Position numbers and translations under genes: made by a program
The notes under the pieces: model-generated
Told to the model about the DNA's origin: nothing
Databases searched by the model: none
The model's input: the letters and a program-made list of their open reading frames with translations, nothing else
Origin: Octopus sinensis
Lineage: Eukaryota
Assembly: GCF_006345805.1 (NCBI RefSeq)
Contig: NC_042997.1
Location: forward strand, 146,506,001-146,570,000
Length of the DNA stretch: 64,000 nucleotides
Direction: 5' to 3'
Shown here: piece after piece, positions 1 to 13,284 of the stretch
How the letters are laid out: each line of letters opens with the position of its first letter
Position numbering within the stretch: position 1 is the stretch's first letter

Positions 1-993
1 CACGATTATTCTGTTTTCAGGATCGTGTGATAGCTAGATCGTGGTATGCTACCCGAAGCAACCCATCACTTTACCGCATCCCACTTCCCGGTCAGTACCA
101 CCTATACAGGTTTATGCAGCAGGCCCGAAAATTCTGCCGGGGTGGAGCACCCTTTTCCTGGCTAAGCTACAGATTCGGGGCTACATTATCCAATGCACCA
201 TTTTCCTTAAGATAGTAAGATGTAATATAAGGCAGATTTGGCTGTTTTCCTAGCAGCTGCTGTGACCGAGTAGAGGTGCCCTCGTTGATTCATATGCTTG
301 CTTAAGAGTTTCAAAGTAAAATGTTTCATAGTCAAGTTAAAAATCACACACAAAAGAATCAACTTTGAGAGCCACTATTGTAACTATTATGCTTATAAAT
401 CTTAGGAAATGCATTAATTGCAAACCCTCACCCCATTTCTCCCTATACTAAATCCCTACCTTCTGCTTATAGAAATAGCAAGCAAATCTCTATGAAATCA
501 CACTTTCCTAACGATTTAAAGAATGTAACAAAAATGAGAAAATATATATTGGATAAGATAATCCAAGATACCCTATATCTGAAAAAACATAATAAACACA
601 CGTGTGGTCACTTAAATATCGTCTTTGATCAATACTTTCGGTCAGAGCTAACTTGTGTTTCAACATCAACAAAGACATTTAGCGCTAATTATGGAGAGTC
701 AAGCAGAAATTAGACGTACAGTGTTTGACTTTGGATGCTTGCTTGATATGTATTTCCTTTATAAAATAATTAAGGTTTTTCTTCCAATTTTTCTTTTTTT
801 TCTTCTTTTTATGCGTTTTTCTATTATATTTCCCACGAAGTAGGATGATGATATTAAACTAGGAAATGATCTATGCGAAAGAATCGTGTGTTTGCGCCAG
901 TGTCTGAGTAAACTGATAATTACAGTCGCAATACATTTAGAAAACAAAGAGAAAAGACAGAAATAAATATATTTAGTTACGATCTGTTGTTGT

Positions 994-1240
994 GGAGGCG
1001 CGTGGCTTAGTGGTTAGGGTGTCAGCATCACGATCGTAAGATTGTGGTTTCGATTCTTGGACAGGGCGACGCGTTGTGTTCTTGAGCAAAACACTTCATT
1101 TCACGTTGCTCCAGTCCACTCAGCTGGCAAAAATGAGTAATTCTGCGATGGACTGGCGTCCCATCCAGCTGGGGAACACATATGCCACAAAAACCGATAA
1201 ACCGGGCCCATAAGCCTGGCCAGGCTTTAAAAGGGCGCAT
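994..1240 (+). mobile_element. tRNA-derived SINE, family B
   Basis: A-box TGGCTTAGTGG and B-box-like GTTTCGATTC, followed by a body (cttgagcaaaacacttcatttcacgttgctccagtccactcagctg) that recurs near 11.4, 13.5, 17.7, 37.3, 43.1, 46.3 and 52.9 kb. Confidence 0.85.
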
Positions 1241-1377
1241 TTATTTTTATAATTTTATTAGCTGTTGTTAGATAGTCAGCATCGTACAAACAAAATTATG
1301 AAGAATCCAATACCCGTTGTGGAATAAATATTTTTTCTATTGCAATGGTGATTATGGGGAAGACAATCAAAGAGTAG

Positions 1378-1745
1378 GTACTGAGTTCAAATTCCGCGGA
1401 AGTCAACACTGCGTTTCGACCCTTCGGAGTCGATAAAATAAAGTTCTAGTCAAGTACTGGGCCAATGCTATTGAATAACCTTCCCCCTTCAAAATCGCTG
1501 GCATTATGGCAAGTTAGAAAGAATTCTGATTAGGGTGATGGGTTAATACAATTACAAGAGCATTGGAAAATGTTTAGCAATAACCGTGCCAGATCTTTGT
1601 GATGAGTTCAAATATCACCGAGATCAATTTTCCTTTCCATCGCTTTGGGGTCATAAAAATGAAGTTCCAGTCAATTACTGAGCGGATGTAATCGACTTAC
1701 TCCTTCTTCCAAAACTTAGCTGGCTCTGTGTCAAAATTTGAAAAC
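1378..1745 (+). mobile_element. Two degenerate family A SINE copies in tandem
   Basis: gagttcaaattcc...tcgataaaataaag..tactgg..aaaatcgctggc motifs shared with family A copies. Confidence 0.65.
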
Positions 1746-1775
1746 ATGTTTTTTACATGTTTATTATTACATACA

Positions 1776-1830
<55 letters not shown>

Positions 1831-1977
1831 CAAAGGATAAACGATTATTTTATGAACTTCATTAGCTTACAGCTGTTTCCACTATTAGATGTAGTAGACT
1901 CGACTCATAGTTGAGTACCTTAGTAACACCGTATAGTTTCATCGGAGCCTCAAACATGAAGCGTGTGCGCGTGTGTA

Positions 1978-2045
<68 letters not shown>

Positions 2046-2610
2046 TATATATATATACAATATATATATACATATATATATATAAAGCGGCAATCTAGCA
2101 GAATTGTTTCCAGGCAGATTAAAAAAAGACTGCTTAGCGGCATTTTTCTTTTCCAACTTTACGTTCTGAGTTCAAATCCCACCAGGGTCGATGTAATCAT
2201 CATAGTCCATCACCCGAAATTACTGGCATAATAGATAAGAAACTAAGATAAGAAACTAACACACAGGCACACATATGTAAATGCGCGTGTGTGTGTGTGT
2301 GTGTGTTACTGACAGTAGCTATTAAATTCATAATTGCAGATGCAGTACTTACAGAAGTCAGCGTGAAAAATCGAAAATAATTAAAATATAGACAAAAACA
2401 TGCTTGCAGCAAACAGACGGTTTAGTATTACTACGTTAACTGAAGATGAGACATAAATTGCAGTATCATCATGGTGAAACTGAGTTGATTGTTACATGGA
2501 ATTCTAATATCAACATGGCATTTTAATCAACACCGCTATCATATTTTCATCAGCATATATATACTATTCATACACCTGCCTTAGTCTTTAGTTTTTCTGT
2601 AAATTTCATC

Positions 2611-2673
<63 letters not shown>

Positions 2674-2678
2674 GAAAA

Positions 2679-2903
2679 GGCGGCGAGCTGGCAGAATTGT
2701 TAGCACGCCGGGCGAAATGCGTAACCGTATTTCGTCTGCCGTTACGTTCTGCGTTCAAATTCCGCCGAGTCCGACATTGCCTTTCATCCGGGGTCGATAA
2801 ATTAAGTACCAGTTACGCACTGGGCTCAATGTAATCGACTTAATCCCTTTGTCTGTCCTTGTTTGTCCTCTCTGTGTTTAGCCTCTTGTGGGTAGTAAAG
2901 AAA
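2679..2903 (+). mobile_element. tRNA-derived SINE, family A, full length
   Basis: ggcgagctggcagaa...gttcaaattccgcc...tcgataaattaagtaccagttacgcactggg...gtgggtagtaaagaaa; near-identical to the TSD-bounded copy at 34124-34356. Confidence 0.9.
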
Positions 2904-2986
2904 AAAATATATATATATTATATATATATATATACTGTCCTCAATATGTATATGAAGAAACATATAAATATGTATGTATAAATACA

Positions 2987-3030
<44 letters not shown>

Positions 3031-3189
3031 TTATATGAATAATATTTAGACTATGGACTAAATTTTTACACGCTAGGCTACTGGTAATGGAAATTTCTAA
3101 TATTTCAGATTTCTCTTTGATATTATTAATTATTGATATATATGTATGTATATATATATACATATATATATCATTCTTTTTTCTTGTAT

Positions 3190-3370
3190 ATTTGTTTCAG
3201 TCATTTGACTGCGGCCATGGTGGAACACCACCTTTAGTCGAACAAAGCGACCCAGGACTTATTCTTTGTAAGCCTACTATTTATTTTATCGGTCTCTTTT
3301 GCCGAACCGTTAAGTTACGGGGACGTAAACACACCAGCATCTGTTGTGAAGCGATGGTGGACACACGCAC
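3190..3370 (-). mobile_element. Family C SINE, 3' half
   Basis: Reverse complement of the 3' half of the copy at 20478-20900 (gtttcagtcatttgactgcggccatg...). Confidence 0.8.
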
Positions 3371-3423
3371 ACACACACACACACATATATATATGTGTGT
3401 GTGTATGTATATAATATATATAG

Positions 3424-3509
<86 letters not shown>

Positions 3510-3804
3510 CATACATACACACACCACAAACTCACACCGACACACGAGTAAACACATTTATGCAAAACTTAGGTGCAAAACTTAGGTGCAAAACTAGCAC
3601 TTGAATACCGTAAGTAGAGTACCATACTTTTATTAAAGGTGCAGAACTCTTTACAATCTATTACTCAAAGTAATGTGAAACACTGAGTAAAAGTTTCTGT
3701 AGATTGTTTTCACTTTTGACGGTCTTCTCAGGGGAACGATAGGACTGAACCCTTTACGATGGTTGTGAACTGTCCAGCTCGGGATAAAAGTGCAGAGTAT
3801 AATG

Positions 3805-4208
3805 AGTATCGCGGCTGTGTGGTATGAAGTTTGCTTCCCAAACACATGGTTTCGGGCTCAGTCCCACTACGTGACACCTTGGGCAGGTGTTTTCTACTGT
3901 GGCCTCGGTCCGAGCAAGCCTTGTCAGTGGATTTGGTAGGCGGAAACTGAAAGAAGCCCGTCGTATATACATATATATATATATGTGTGTGTGTGTGTAT
4001 GTATGTCAGTGTTTGGACCCCCACCACCACCACCACAATCGCTTGATAACTGACGTTGTTGTGCTTAGGTCCCTGCAACTTAGCGGTTCTGCAAAAGAGA
4101 ACGATAGAATACGTACTAAACTTTCAAAGAATAAGCCCTGGAGTCAATTTGTTTGACTAAATGCGGTGCTCCAACGTGGCCGCAGTCAAATGACTGAAAC
4201 AACTAATA
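3805..4208 (+). mobile_element. tRNA-derived SINE, family C, with internal (TA)n(TG)n
   Basis: gcggctgtgtggta...gggctcagtcccac...ggaaactgaaagaagcccgtcg, a microsatellite, then a 3' half ending cagtcaaatgactgaaac. Confidence 0.85.
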
Positions 4209-4324
4209 GAATACTTACACACAAGCACACACTCACATACACACACATACATATATACACATATATATTTGCACACATATGTGTGTGTGTATATATATAT
4301 ATATATATGTTTGTGTGTGTGTGT

Positions 4325-4372
<48 letters not shown>

Positions 4373-4754
4373 GTATGTATATATATATACACACACAGTA
4401 TGTGTGTGAAACAGAAACGCCGGGTGGTACTTGCTGCAATGCATTTAATCGTAAGGGAGCTCGATGCATGTGATAACCAGTAATTTCTAAGTGGTCGTTC
4501 GAACTGCTAGAAACTCTAGTCAGGTTTCTCATATATTGTTCGAAGCGTCCTTAACAACACATCAGATGAAGTTTCAAACAGGAAAGAGTGGCTGATAAAA
4601 CTATTGATAGATACGGTTGTAATCATGGATGATGAGCAAATTTAAAACAACGAATGAAAAAAGAAGGCAAACTAGTAATAGAAACCAGTAGCAAAATAGA
4701 TAACAGCATTGATTACAAACAACAATAGCAGCTACAATAACAATAACAATGATA

Positions 4755-5190
4755 ATAATCTTTAATACGGGTACAAGGCCCGACATTTTGCGGGAGGTGG
4801 CTATTCGATTACCTCGAACGCAGTCGATCCCGAGGCGATGAAAAGCAGAGTCGACCTCTCCGGAATTTGAACTCTAAACGTAAAGCCCAACGACATCCTG
4901 TGAAGCGTTTTCTTCGCCATGGTAACGGTTCTGCCAGCATGCCACATTTAAGGCAACTATAATAATGGTTTCAAAGTTTGGTACAAGGCCAGCAATTTTG
5001 AGGCAGGTGTGGGGGGGGTAAATTGATTACATAGACCCCCAGTGATCAACTGGTATATATTTTATCTACTCCGAAAGGATGAATGGCAAAAATCGATCTC
5101 GGTGGAATTTGAACTCAGAGCGCAAAGACGGACGAAATGCCGCGAAGCATTTCGCCCAGCGTGCTAACAATTCTGCCAGTTCACCGCCTT
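4755..5190 (-). mobile_element. Two family A-related SINE copies
   Basis: Reverse-strand gaaaggatgaa..gtcgacctc.gcggaatttgaactc...ctgccag motifs. Confidence 0.75.
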
Positions 5191-5194
5191 GACC

Positions 5195-5285
<91 letters not shown>

Positions 5286-5416
5286 CGGGTTTCAGCATCC
5301 GGTGGCTGGTCTGCTTTTTATCAGGTGGTGCTATTAAGTTAGACATGGCCTGGACCAATCTTTGGTCGAAACATATCTAAGTTTATCTAAGTTTATCTAA
5401 TAATAATAATAATAAC

Positions 5417-5466
<50 letters not shown>

Positions 5467-5644
5467 TAATAATAACACCTTGGTAACAACAATAGTAATA
5501 ACATTATAAAATTAAAAGGACAGCAAAATAACAGCAACGTCAACAACGATAATAACAAACTACTATAACAATACATGCGGCAACAGCGAGTAAGAGAAAT
5601 AATTAGCTAAAAACACCAACAGTAGCAATAACAACTGCAATACA

Positions 5645-6246
5645 ATTTTTCTACTATAGGTATAAGGCCTGAAATTTTGGGATCTCCTGTGTTTCACTGG
5701 TATTCAATTTATCGATCCCGAAAAGATGAAAGACAAAGTCGACCTTGGCGGAATTTAAACACAGAACGCAAAGACAGACGAAATACCGCAAAGCATTTCG
5801 CTCGGCGTGCTAACGATTCTTATTTCTTTATTGCCCACAAGGTGCTAAACATAGAGGGGACAAATAAGGAAAGACAAAGGGATTAAGTCGATTAGATCGA
5901 CCCCTGTGCGTAACTGGTACTTAATTTATCGACCCCGAAAGGATGAAAGGCAAAGTCCACCTCGGTGGAATTTGAACTCAGAACGTAGCGCCAGACGAAA
6001 TACCTATTTCTTTATTGCCCACAAGGGGCTAAACATAGAGGGGACAAATAAGGACAGGCAGACAGACAAAAGGATTAAGTCGATTACATTGATTCCAGTG
6101 CGTAACTGGTACTTAATTTATCGACCCCGAAAGGATTAAAGGCAAAGTCGACCTCGGCGGAATTTGAACTCAGAACGTAACGGCAGACGAAATGCCGCAA
6201 AGCACCTCGCCCGGCGTGCTAACGTTTCCATCAGCTCGCCGCCTTG
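5645..6246 (-). mobile_element. Family A SINE head-to-tail multimer
   Basis: Three consecutive copies; junction gacgaaatac|ctatttctttattgcccacaagg at ~6000. Confidence 0.85.
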
Positions 6247-6855
6247 ACAATAACAATAATATTAACTACACGAGCGAAATAAGAAATCAATATCAACATG
6301 AACAGCAAAAGCAACAACAACCAAAAATGCAGTAATAACATCAAAAACAATGAATTGCAATAACAACCACCGTCATCACAATACCAGCTGTCATCAATTA
6401 CGTATCTGCAGCGGAAGAAATAAAAGAAGAAAAAAACAGTGTTTTCGTGTTTTATTAATATCAGATTCTATAAATTGTTACTTCACCTCTGATCTTGCTA
6501 TACACCAACTGTGTATGGAACAGAGGATGTAGGAGGGGGTAGAGAAAACAGAAGGGGAGACGGACCGGAAATATGACAAGGTAAGGGAAATTTGTTGGAA
6601 ACGTTTAAAACGGCCTCTCTTTTCCTTTCCCTTCCTAGCTGCAAATAGTTTCTATCTATTTTTTTTTACCATACATATATACAAGCATACATATACAAGC
6701 ATACATATATACATATGGACAAATACAAACACATAATAGATGTATGTATGTATGTATGTATGTATATAGTTATGTATGTATGTATGTATGTATGTATGTA
6801 TGATATATATATATATATATATATACATACACACACACAAACACATATATGTATG

Positions 6856-6904
<49 letters not shown>

Positions 6905-6929
6905 CTTATTTAAAGCTGTTTTGTTAAAA

Positions 6930-6968
6930 CCGTCTGACGAACGGGAACGTGAAACTCTGAGTAACAGC
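6930..6968 (+). ncRNA. Minimal type I hammerhead ribozyme motif (family H2)
   Basis: ccgt-CTGACGA-acg[ggaa]cgt-GAAA-ctc[t]gag-TA-acag: intact core, GNRA-capped stem II, palindromic stem III, GUA cleavage triplet; stem I has one mismatch. Lies in a ~170-bp repeat flanked by (TA)n. Confidence 0.75.
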
Positions 6969-7091
6969 TTTCGTTAAATTTCTGCTGCTTTTAAATAAAG
7001 CATATTACTCTACCTCCGGTATTTGAGTACTCTTTTTCCCACCTTGTTTCATATTTATGTGCTTACTTCGGTATATTATATATATATATTA

Positions 7092-7181
<90 letters not shown>

Positions 7182-7240
7182 GAGAGAGAGAGAGTGAGAG
7201 AGAGAGAGAGAGAGTGAGAGAGAGGAGAGAGAGATAAATT

Positions 7241-7288
<48 letters not shown>

Positions 7289-7584
7289 TTATGATCAAGG
7301 GAATGTAGATTTTTCCATATCTATAATTTTACTAAACAGTTAAATGCAACATTCTAGTACTTACTCTACGGAAACTATGCAGTCCTGAATAGGACACTCG
7401 GATTTACCAAGCGAGAATAATTACCAGAGACAAGCAACTTATTGTTAACTTCGGTATCACCAAAGTTTCCCTGTGGTTAGCCTGTATATAAAACCGGTTT
7501 AAGACGAAATACAGTAATCGCCAGCATTATATATCCCTTTAAACTCATTTGTATCTTCTATAATACAGTTCTATAATACAGTTC

Positions 7585-7780
7585 TTCTATAATACAGTTC
7601 TATATTTAAGAGATGAGGAATTATGTACATTCTTTACTTTATTTACATTTGACAGATATTTGTCCTCATCTTGTTTGTTGTTAACACAACATTTCGGCTG
7701 ATATACCCTCCAGCCTTCATCAGGTACCTGGGGGAAATTTCGAACCTGGGTTCTCATTCCTAAGGTATTTTTTCGATGTA
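7585..7780 (-). mobile_element. ~190-bp HHR-bearing repeat module (family H1)
   Basis: Near-identical to 34545-34732; minus-strand CTGATGA-a-ggctg..cagcc-GAAA-tgtt at 7684-7728, with C15.2 changed to U. Confidence 0.85.
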
Positions 7781-7820
7781 AATATTATTATTATTGTTGT
7801 TGCTGTTATTCCAGGCAGTG

Positions 7821-7863
<43 letters not shown>

Positions 7864-7881
7864 CAATAACAATAATAATAA

Positions 7882-7927
7882 AGCACCTGATGACGGCAGA
7901 ACAGTTTTTCAGCCGAAACGTTGTGTT
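7882..7927 (+). ncRNA. Minimal type I hammerhead ribozyme motif (H1 variant with a different stem II)
   Basis: agcac-CTGATGA-c-ggc.gaa..ttc.gcc-GAAA-cgTT-gtgtt; stem I agcac/gtgtt, palindromic AACGTT stem III, GUU triplet; followed by the H1 tail aacaaacaagatgaggacaaatatc. Confidence 0.8.
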
Positions 7928-8489
7928 AAAAACAAACAAGATGAGGACAAATATCCGTCAAATGTTAATAATGTAAATAATGTGAATCTTCCATGTGTCA
8001 ACATGTATCTCCTTGCCACAATGTAAACTTTCATTTAATCAAGATATCCATGGCTTGAAGAGTAGCGTGCGGTATACACCTCCCTTGGAAATTTACCACT
8101 TCCGACGTTCCGCTCGCTCTGAAACATATGTAGCCCGGATCTTATCTACTCCATTCCTTAACCCTTGTATTCTTATTAGAATACTCGGCAACCCTGGTTG
8201 CCTACCGTGAAATATAAAAATAACTTTTTTCAATTTATCGTAGTTCAATAAAAAAAATCTACAACCTTCCGTCTCAATAAACCACAGAAAATAAACCCTA
8301 AAAGTTATTTAAAAAAATATTTACTGCAGTTTGCTTGAATCTTATAATTACACACACATATATATATACATACACACAGAGAGGGTGTTCGGGCTAAATT
8401 TGAATATTTATAGACTTTCGAAGTCAATGACCTAAGTAAATAGAACATACACTTCTATATAGTCAATTCCGTTTAATTGACTATATTTA

Positions 8490-8880
8490 TATTCTACCTG
8501 CGGCCATACTGGGGCATCGCCTTGAAGATTGTTTTTAAATCGAACAAATTGACTCTAAGACTTCTTTTTTTCAACTTATTCTACCGGTAACTTCTGCCGA
8601 ACCACTGAGTTACAGAGACGTAAACACATCAATACTGGTTGTCAAAAGTGGTGAGGGGGACGAACACAAACACAAACACATACACACAGAAGCACACACT
8701 CACACATACATACATACACACACATATATACTTCTTTCAGTTTCCGTCCACCAAAGCCACCCACAAGGCTTTGGTCGGTCCAAGGCTATAGTAGATGACA
8801 CGTGCCCAAGGTTCCATGCAGTGAGACTGAACCATGAACCATGTGGTTGGGAAGCAAGTTTCTTACCAGACAATCACATA
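8490..8880 (-). mobile_element. Family C SINE
   Basis: Reverse complement of the family C consensus (cttctttcagtttccgtc.accaaa...gtgagactgaacc). Confidence 0.8.
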
Positions 8881-9849
8881 GAACGTCCCCATAGTGTAAT
8901 ATACAATCGATTCCTACTCGACAGACCGAATTTAGTTATACGATAACTGCATAATTGTTCAAAATACAGCACCATTTCACATCAGCTCCATGGAAAATAA
9001 ACCCACAAATTACTCAAGTAGTTAAGTACTTTTATTACGAGTTTAAGAAATAGTTTCCAATTTAAGAGAATTAATTGGTAAAATGCAGCATTAAGCTAAG
9101 AATTCATTTAACTGATATGATGTCTATCTGGATAGTTTTGTCTTGATGGTGCATTGAAATGAGCAGTTAAGTACCTCATTTTTAGAAACGACTAATTCAT
9201 TCAAATGTATTCAAATTATTCTTACCTTTTCAATGAATTCAAGACTATCAAATTCAGACTCCAGTGTAGTTTTTATCCATTCTTTTTCGTTGCGTAATTA
9301 ACATTCTTGAGTAATTAAATCTACATTATAGCTACAATTTGTAAAACAATATTTCTTTAAAAAAAGAAGAGATGTATGGACGCCATTTTGTTTTCCGTGT
9401 TATTGGCTATATTAGTTTGTGATTGGACTATTTAAATATTTTAACCGCATTACCGATCATGTCAACGTTGCGTAATTCACAGTGTGATGAAAGTTACTGT
9501 CGGGACGTATGAATAAGATTAAGTTAGGTAGTCAAAGAATATTATGAGGAACTGAAAAACCAAATAGGAAACAATTCAAGCGATAATGCTGATACATATC
9601 AGTACAACAAGTAACAGCACAATAGGTAACTACGATGTACATAGTTGTTGTCTTAATGAACAGTTAATGCTGTTACTGAGCTTGAAGTTATCTCATGTGT
9701 CACCTGGCCTTAAATCAGAAGTTATCCCAGAAGGGGGTAATGGTGAAATATAACCAGATAGGAGTCAACTACAAAGTTATTATAGCAACCTGTTAATCTA
9801 ATGATAATCCAAACTGAAAACAAAGTAAAGATGCTGGTGGGAGAAAACA

Positions 9850-10384
9850 TTATTCTAATGTTCAACAACACCACGTATAGAGCTGGGTTAATACAGTGGG
9901 AGAACAGTAAGGGCTTTAGATAAAGAAGTGTTGAACTCTACAAATGCATGAGTGTCTCAAAGAAAATGCGATATAACATCAAACAGACGAAAAGAAAAAT
10001 TGTCGTGGTTAGAGATATGCAACTCATAACTAGACTCATACAGTATTACTTCGTATTGTACACATTTACAACGCTGTTGATTTCTATAATGCAGACGAAA
10101 CTAAATAACCTTAAGCAGCTAGTGGAAGCAAAGGTGCATAGATTAACATTATAAGAAAATAATGGGAAAAAAATTAAAATAAAATAAATTACCGCTGGCA
10201 GGGAAAAGGAAAGATTATAGGCGCAGGCGTGGCTGTGTGGTAAAAAGTTTGATTTCCAACATATAGTTTCGTGTTCAGTCTCACTATGTGGCATCTGGGG
10301 CAAGTCTCTTCTACTTTAGCCTCAGGCCGACCAAAGCCTTGTGAGTGGATTTGGTAGATAGAAACTAGAAGTTCGTCATATATA

Positions 10385-10423
<39 letters not shown>

Positions 10424-10990
10424 CACGTCTTTCTGTATGTGTTTGACCCCACCAAAGCTTGACAACTAGTTTTGGTGTGTTTACGTGCGTGTAACTTAGT
10501 GGTTCGGCAAAGAGACCGATAGCATAAGTACCAGGCTATACAAAAATATAACAAGTATTGAGGTCGATTCGTTCGACTAGAATTCTTGAAGGTGGTTCCC
10601 CAGCATGTCCGCTGTCTGATGACTAAAACTAGTAAAAATTATCCAAAGGCTTCCGTGAAATCCCGATTGCATAGACTTATAAAAAAGCAGCAAATCAATT
10701 TGGAAGGCTGTAGAGATAGTTACCACTTGGCTGAGGTAATCTAATAAACATGCAGCTCAAAAGGGGAATGGTGCATTGCTTGCAGACATTTGCACAATCT
10801 ACCCAACAGTTGTAAAACATATACAAGTCGAACTGACCATTCCACCAACAAATGCAACATCAGTAATTCGAGCATACATCCTAAGCATTATAAAAGCTGT
10901 CAAAGCGTTATAAAGCAGAAGCTTGGTCAGAAAGTTGATTCTTATAATTGCTAAAAACTGGATATAATCCTCAAATCACAAAATCAAGGA
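9850..10990 (+). pseudogene. Highly decayed hAT-superfamily transposase remnant, interrupted by a SINE
   Basis: Translation near 10790-10900 gives IYPTVVKHIQVELTIPPTNATS, resembling the hAT C-terminal dimerization motif (FP.l.kl..iaLTiP.tsa..ER); ORF 9948-10154 (SIMQTKLNNLKQLVEAKVHRL) resembles the hAT LQ...ln...v helix; many stop codons. Confidence 0.45.
10218..10630 (+). mobile_element. Family C SINE
   Basis: ggcgcaggcgtggctgtgtggtaa...ttcagtctcac...(TG)n...gactaaaactag. Confidence 0.85.
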
Positions 10991-11239
10991 GCAATCTTCG
11001 GATGCCTTCACTCAACAATAGTTTTCAAAAGGTTGGTTTATGCCAATATAAACGGGTGTAGAAGAATTAGCTGTGGTGATCGCTCTTGCTGTCTGGAGAG
11101 TTACAGGATCTCAAGAGTGGAAGAACTTAGCCGTCTCGTTTTAAAATGGTGACAACGCAAGATCAACAAATAATAATGGTTTCAGATTTTGGCACAAGGC
11201 CAACAAGGAAGTCGATTACATCGATCCCAGTAAAATCGT

Positions 11240-11570
11240 AAGGGTAAAGATCCCATTCGGTCATGAATGACTATGGGTTTGCACCTAGAAAGTTACCTTC
11301 CCAAGCGCAAGTCTGGGCAAGGTTGATTATGAAAGATCAGCTTACCATATATACCAGCCTCCCCTCTCCACGGCACCGATTTTATCGAAAGGAAAGGCAA
11401 AGGCAGACACAGCTTAGCAACAGTAACGTCACGACTCATTTCTACAGCTGAGAGCAACGTGAAATAAAGTGTCTTGCTCAAGAGCATAGCAGACAGCCTG
11501 GTTCCAGAATCGAACTCACTACCTGATAATTTTGAACCCAAAGCTCTAACCACTGAGTCATGTGCCTTCA
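11240..11570 (-). mobile_element. Family B SINE
   Basis: Matches 13280-13622 (taaagatccc.ttcggtcatgaatgac...ctctaaccactgag.catgtgcct). Confidence 0.8.
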
Positions 11571-11759
11571 AAAAGCATTTGGTTGATGTTTCATATTATC
11601 AACCCCCACCTGGAAAAAAAGGTAACCTTGACGGTATTTGAAATTAGAACGGGGACAACCGGACTGCATGCCACTAATGGTTTTGTTCGACGTTCTAGCA
11701 ATTCTGCCAGCTTGCCGTCTTTGATTTAAGAAATAACTGATAGCATATGATGATTATGA

Positions 11760-11778
11760 CAACGACGACGACGACGAC

Positions 11779-11811
<33 letters not shown>

Positions 11812-11890
11812 GGTGGTGGTGGTGGTGGTGGTGGTGGTGATGGTGGGGTGGTGGTGAGGATGATGATGATGACGACGATATGATGATGGT
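11760..11890. repeat. Compound (GAC)n(GAT)n(GGT)n microsatellite
   Basis: Direct reading of the sequence. Confidence 0.95.
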
Positions 11891-13247
11891 ATAGATTTGC
11901 TGCTACCTATCTGAATAACGAAAGTTAAACTCACCAAGATTCTTTAAAACGCCTGCAAATAAACTTAGCAGATAAAAATCTTTGATAATTTCTAATAAAC
12001 TAAGTAGATAAATATATTCTACTGATTCTTCAAATCGAAATTCTTCGTGCCCGATTTCTTTTTTTTCTTTTTTTTTTTCAAAAGAATTATTTAATACGGA
12101 TTGCAATTCTTTTACTTGTTTTATTGAACTTTGGGTATCATCTTGAAGGATTTAGTCGAAAATATCGGCCCCAGTACATTTTTTATAATGTGTAGTATTC
12201 ATTCTATTGAGTTCTTTTGCCAAAGAACTAGATTATGGAGCCATCAACAAAGTAACACCGGTTGTCAAGCGGTGAGGAGAGAAACACAGACACGTATACA
12301 CATACATACACGCACACACATATACGATAGACTTCCAGAGGGTTTCCAGCCATCAAATTCACACAGAAAGCATTGGTCGACCTGGGACTATAGCAGGAGA
12401 TACATGCCAAGGTTTCACGCGCTGAAACTGAATTCGAAGCATGTAGCGAAGCGAACGTTTTCACCACACAGTCGTGCCTATGTCCGTAAGTAAATAAAGT
12501 AAGACAAATATTTGCTTCCTAATTTAATATATATTCCCGACATATGTAACATGGTCACGATGGCTCATTATTTGCAATATATAAAAATCTAATTTATTGT
12601 CTGCTACTATGTTAACACAAACACACAAAAATGAAGTCATTTACGTGTGTGTGTATGTGTGTGTGCGTGCGTATGTGTGTGTGTGTGCGTATGTGTGTGT
12701 GTTTGTGTGTGTGTTCGTATGAATGTGTGCACTGTAAAACAACTTCATTGTCTCTAATCAGCAACAGATAATTACACGAAGGTGATTAGTCATGCTGTAT
12801 GTATAAATCATTGCATGTCGTCTGCTGCCATTGCATGTTGTTTGCAACTTATCACTCTTGAAATTCACAAATTTATCATTTTGTAGACCCACTCAAACCA
12901 TCTCCAACCGACAAGGGACAATCTACCTGGTCTCTGGACTTACTAGATATAGCAGCTAAATACATATCAAATCAGATCCTACCGTCGTAAGATGAGAAAA
13001 TAAAGATGCATTGAATGATGCGGTCTCGGATGCAGAGACGACCTAATATCATATACTTGCTACAGTATAGAGCACATTATACATATACAGGATAAAAGTT
13101 ATAGTATATATTATATAATAGATAAACGATATAAATAGTACTCATTTACACACATACACACACATATATGTATATACATACATAATTTTTTATACTCGAA
13201 CAAAAGAGCTTATGTATACAAATGTATATTTGTATACATATAGATAG

Positions 13248-13279
<32 letters not shown>

Positions 13280-13284
<5 letters not shown>

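Noticed and set aside
21-260. Apparent exon (tttcag...gtaaga) with 62-70 aa ORFs
   Set aside because: No recognisable protein, and its 3' part matches an interspersed repeat also seen near 12.9, 37.7 and 49.1 kb.
655-750. Protein-like peptide QHQQRHLALIMESQAEIRRTVFDFGCLLD
   Set aside because: In-frame stop immediately upstream, no suitable acceptor and no recognised family.
2438-2495. CTGAAGA...GAAA hammerhead-like spacing
   Set aside because: Stem I and stem II do not pair properly.
3561-3596. 13-bp tandem repeat containing TTAGG
   Set aside because: Under three copies; not a telomeric array.
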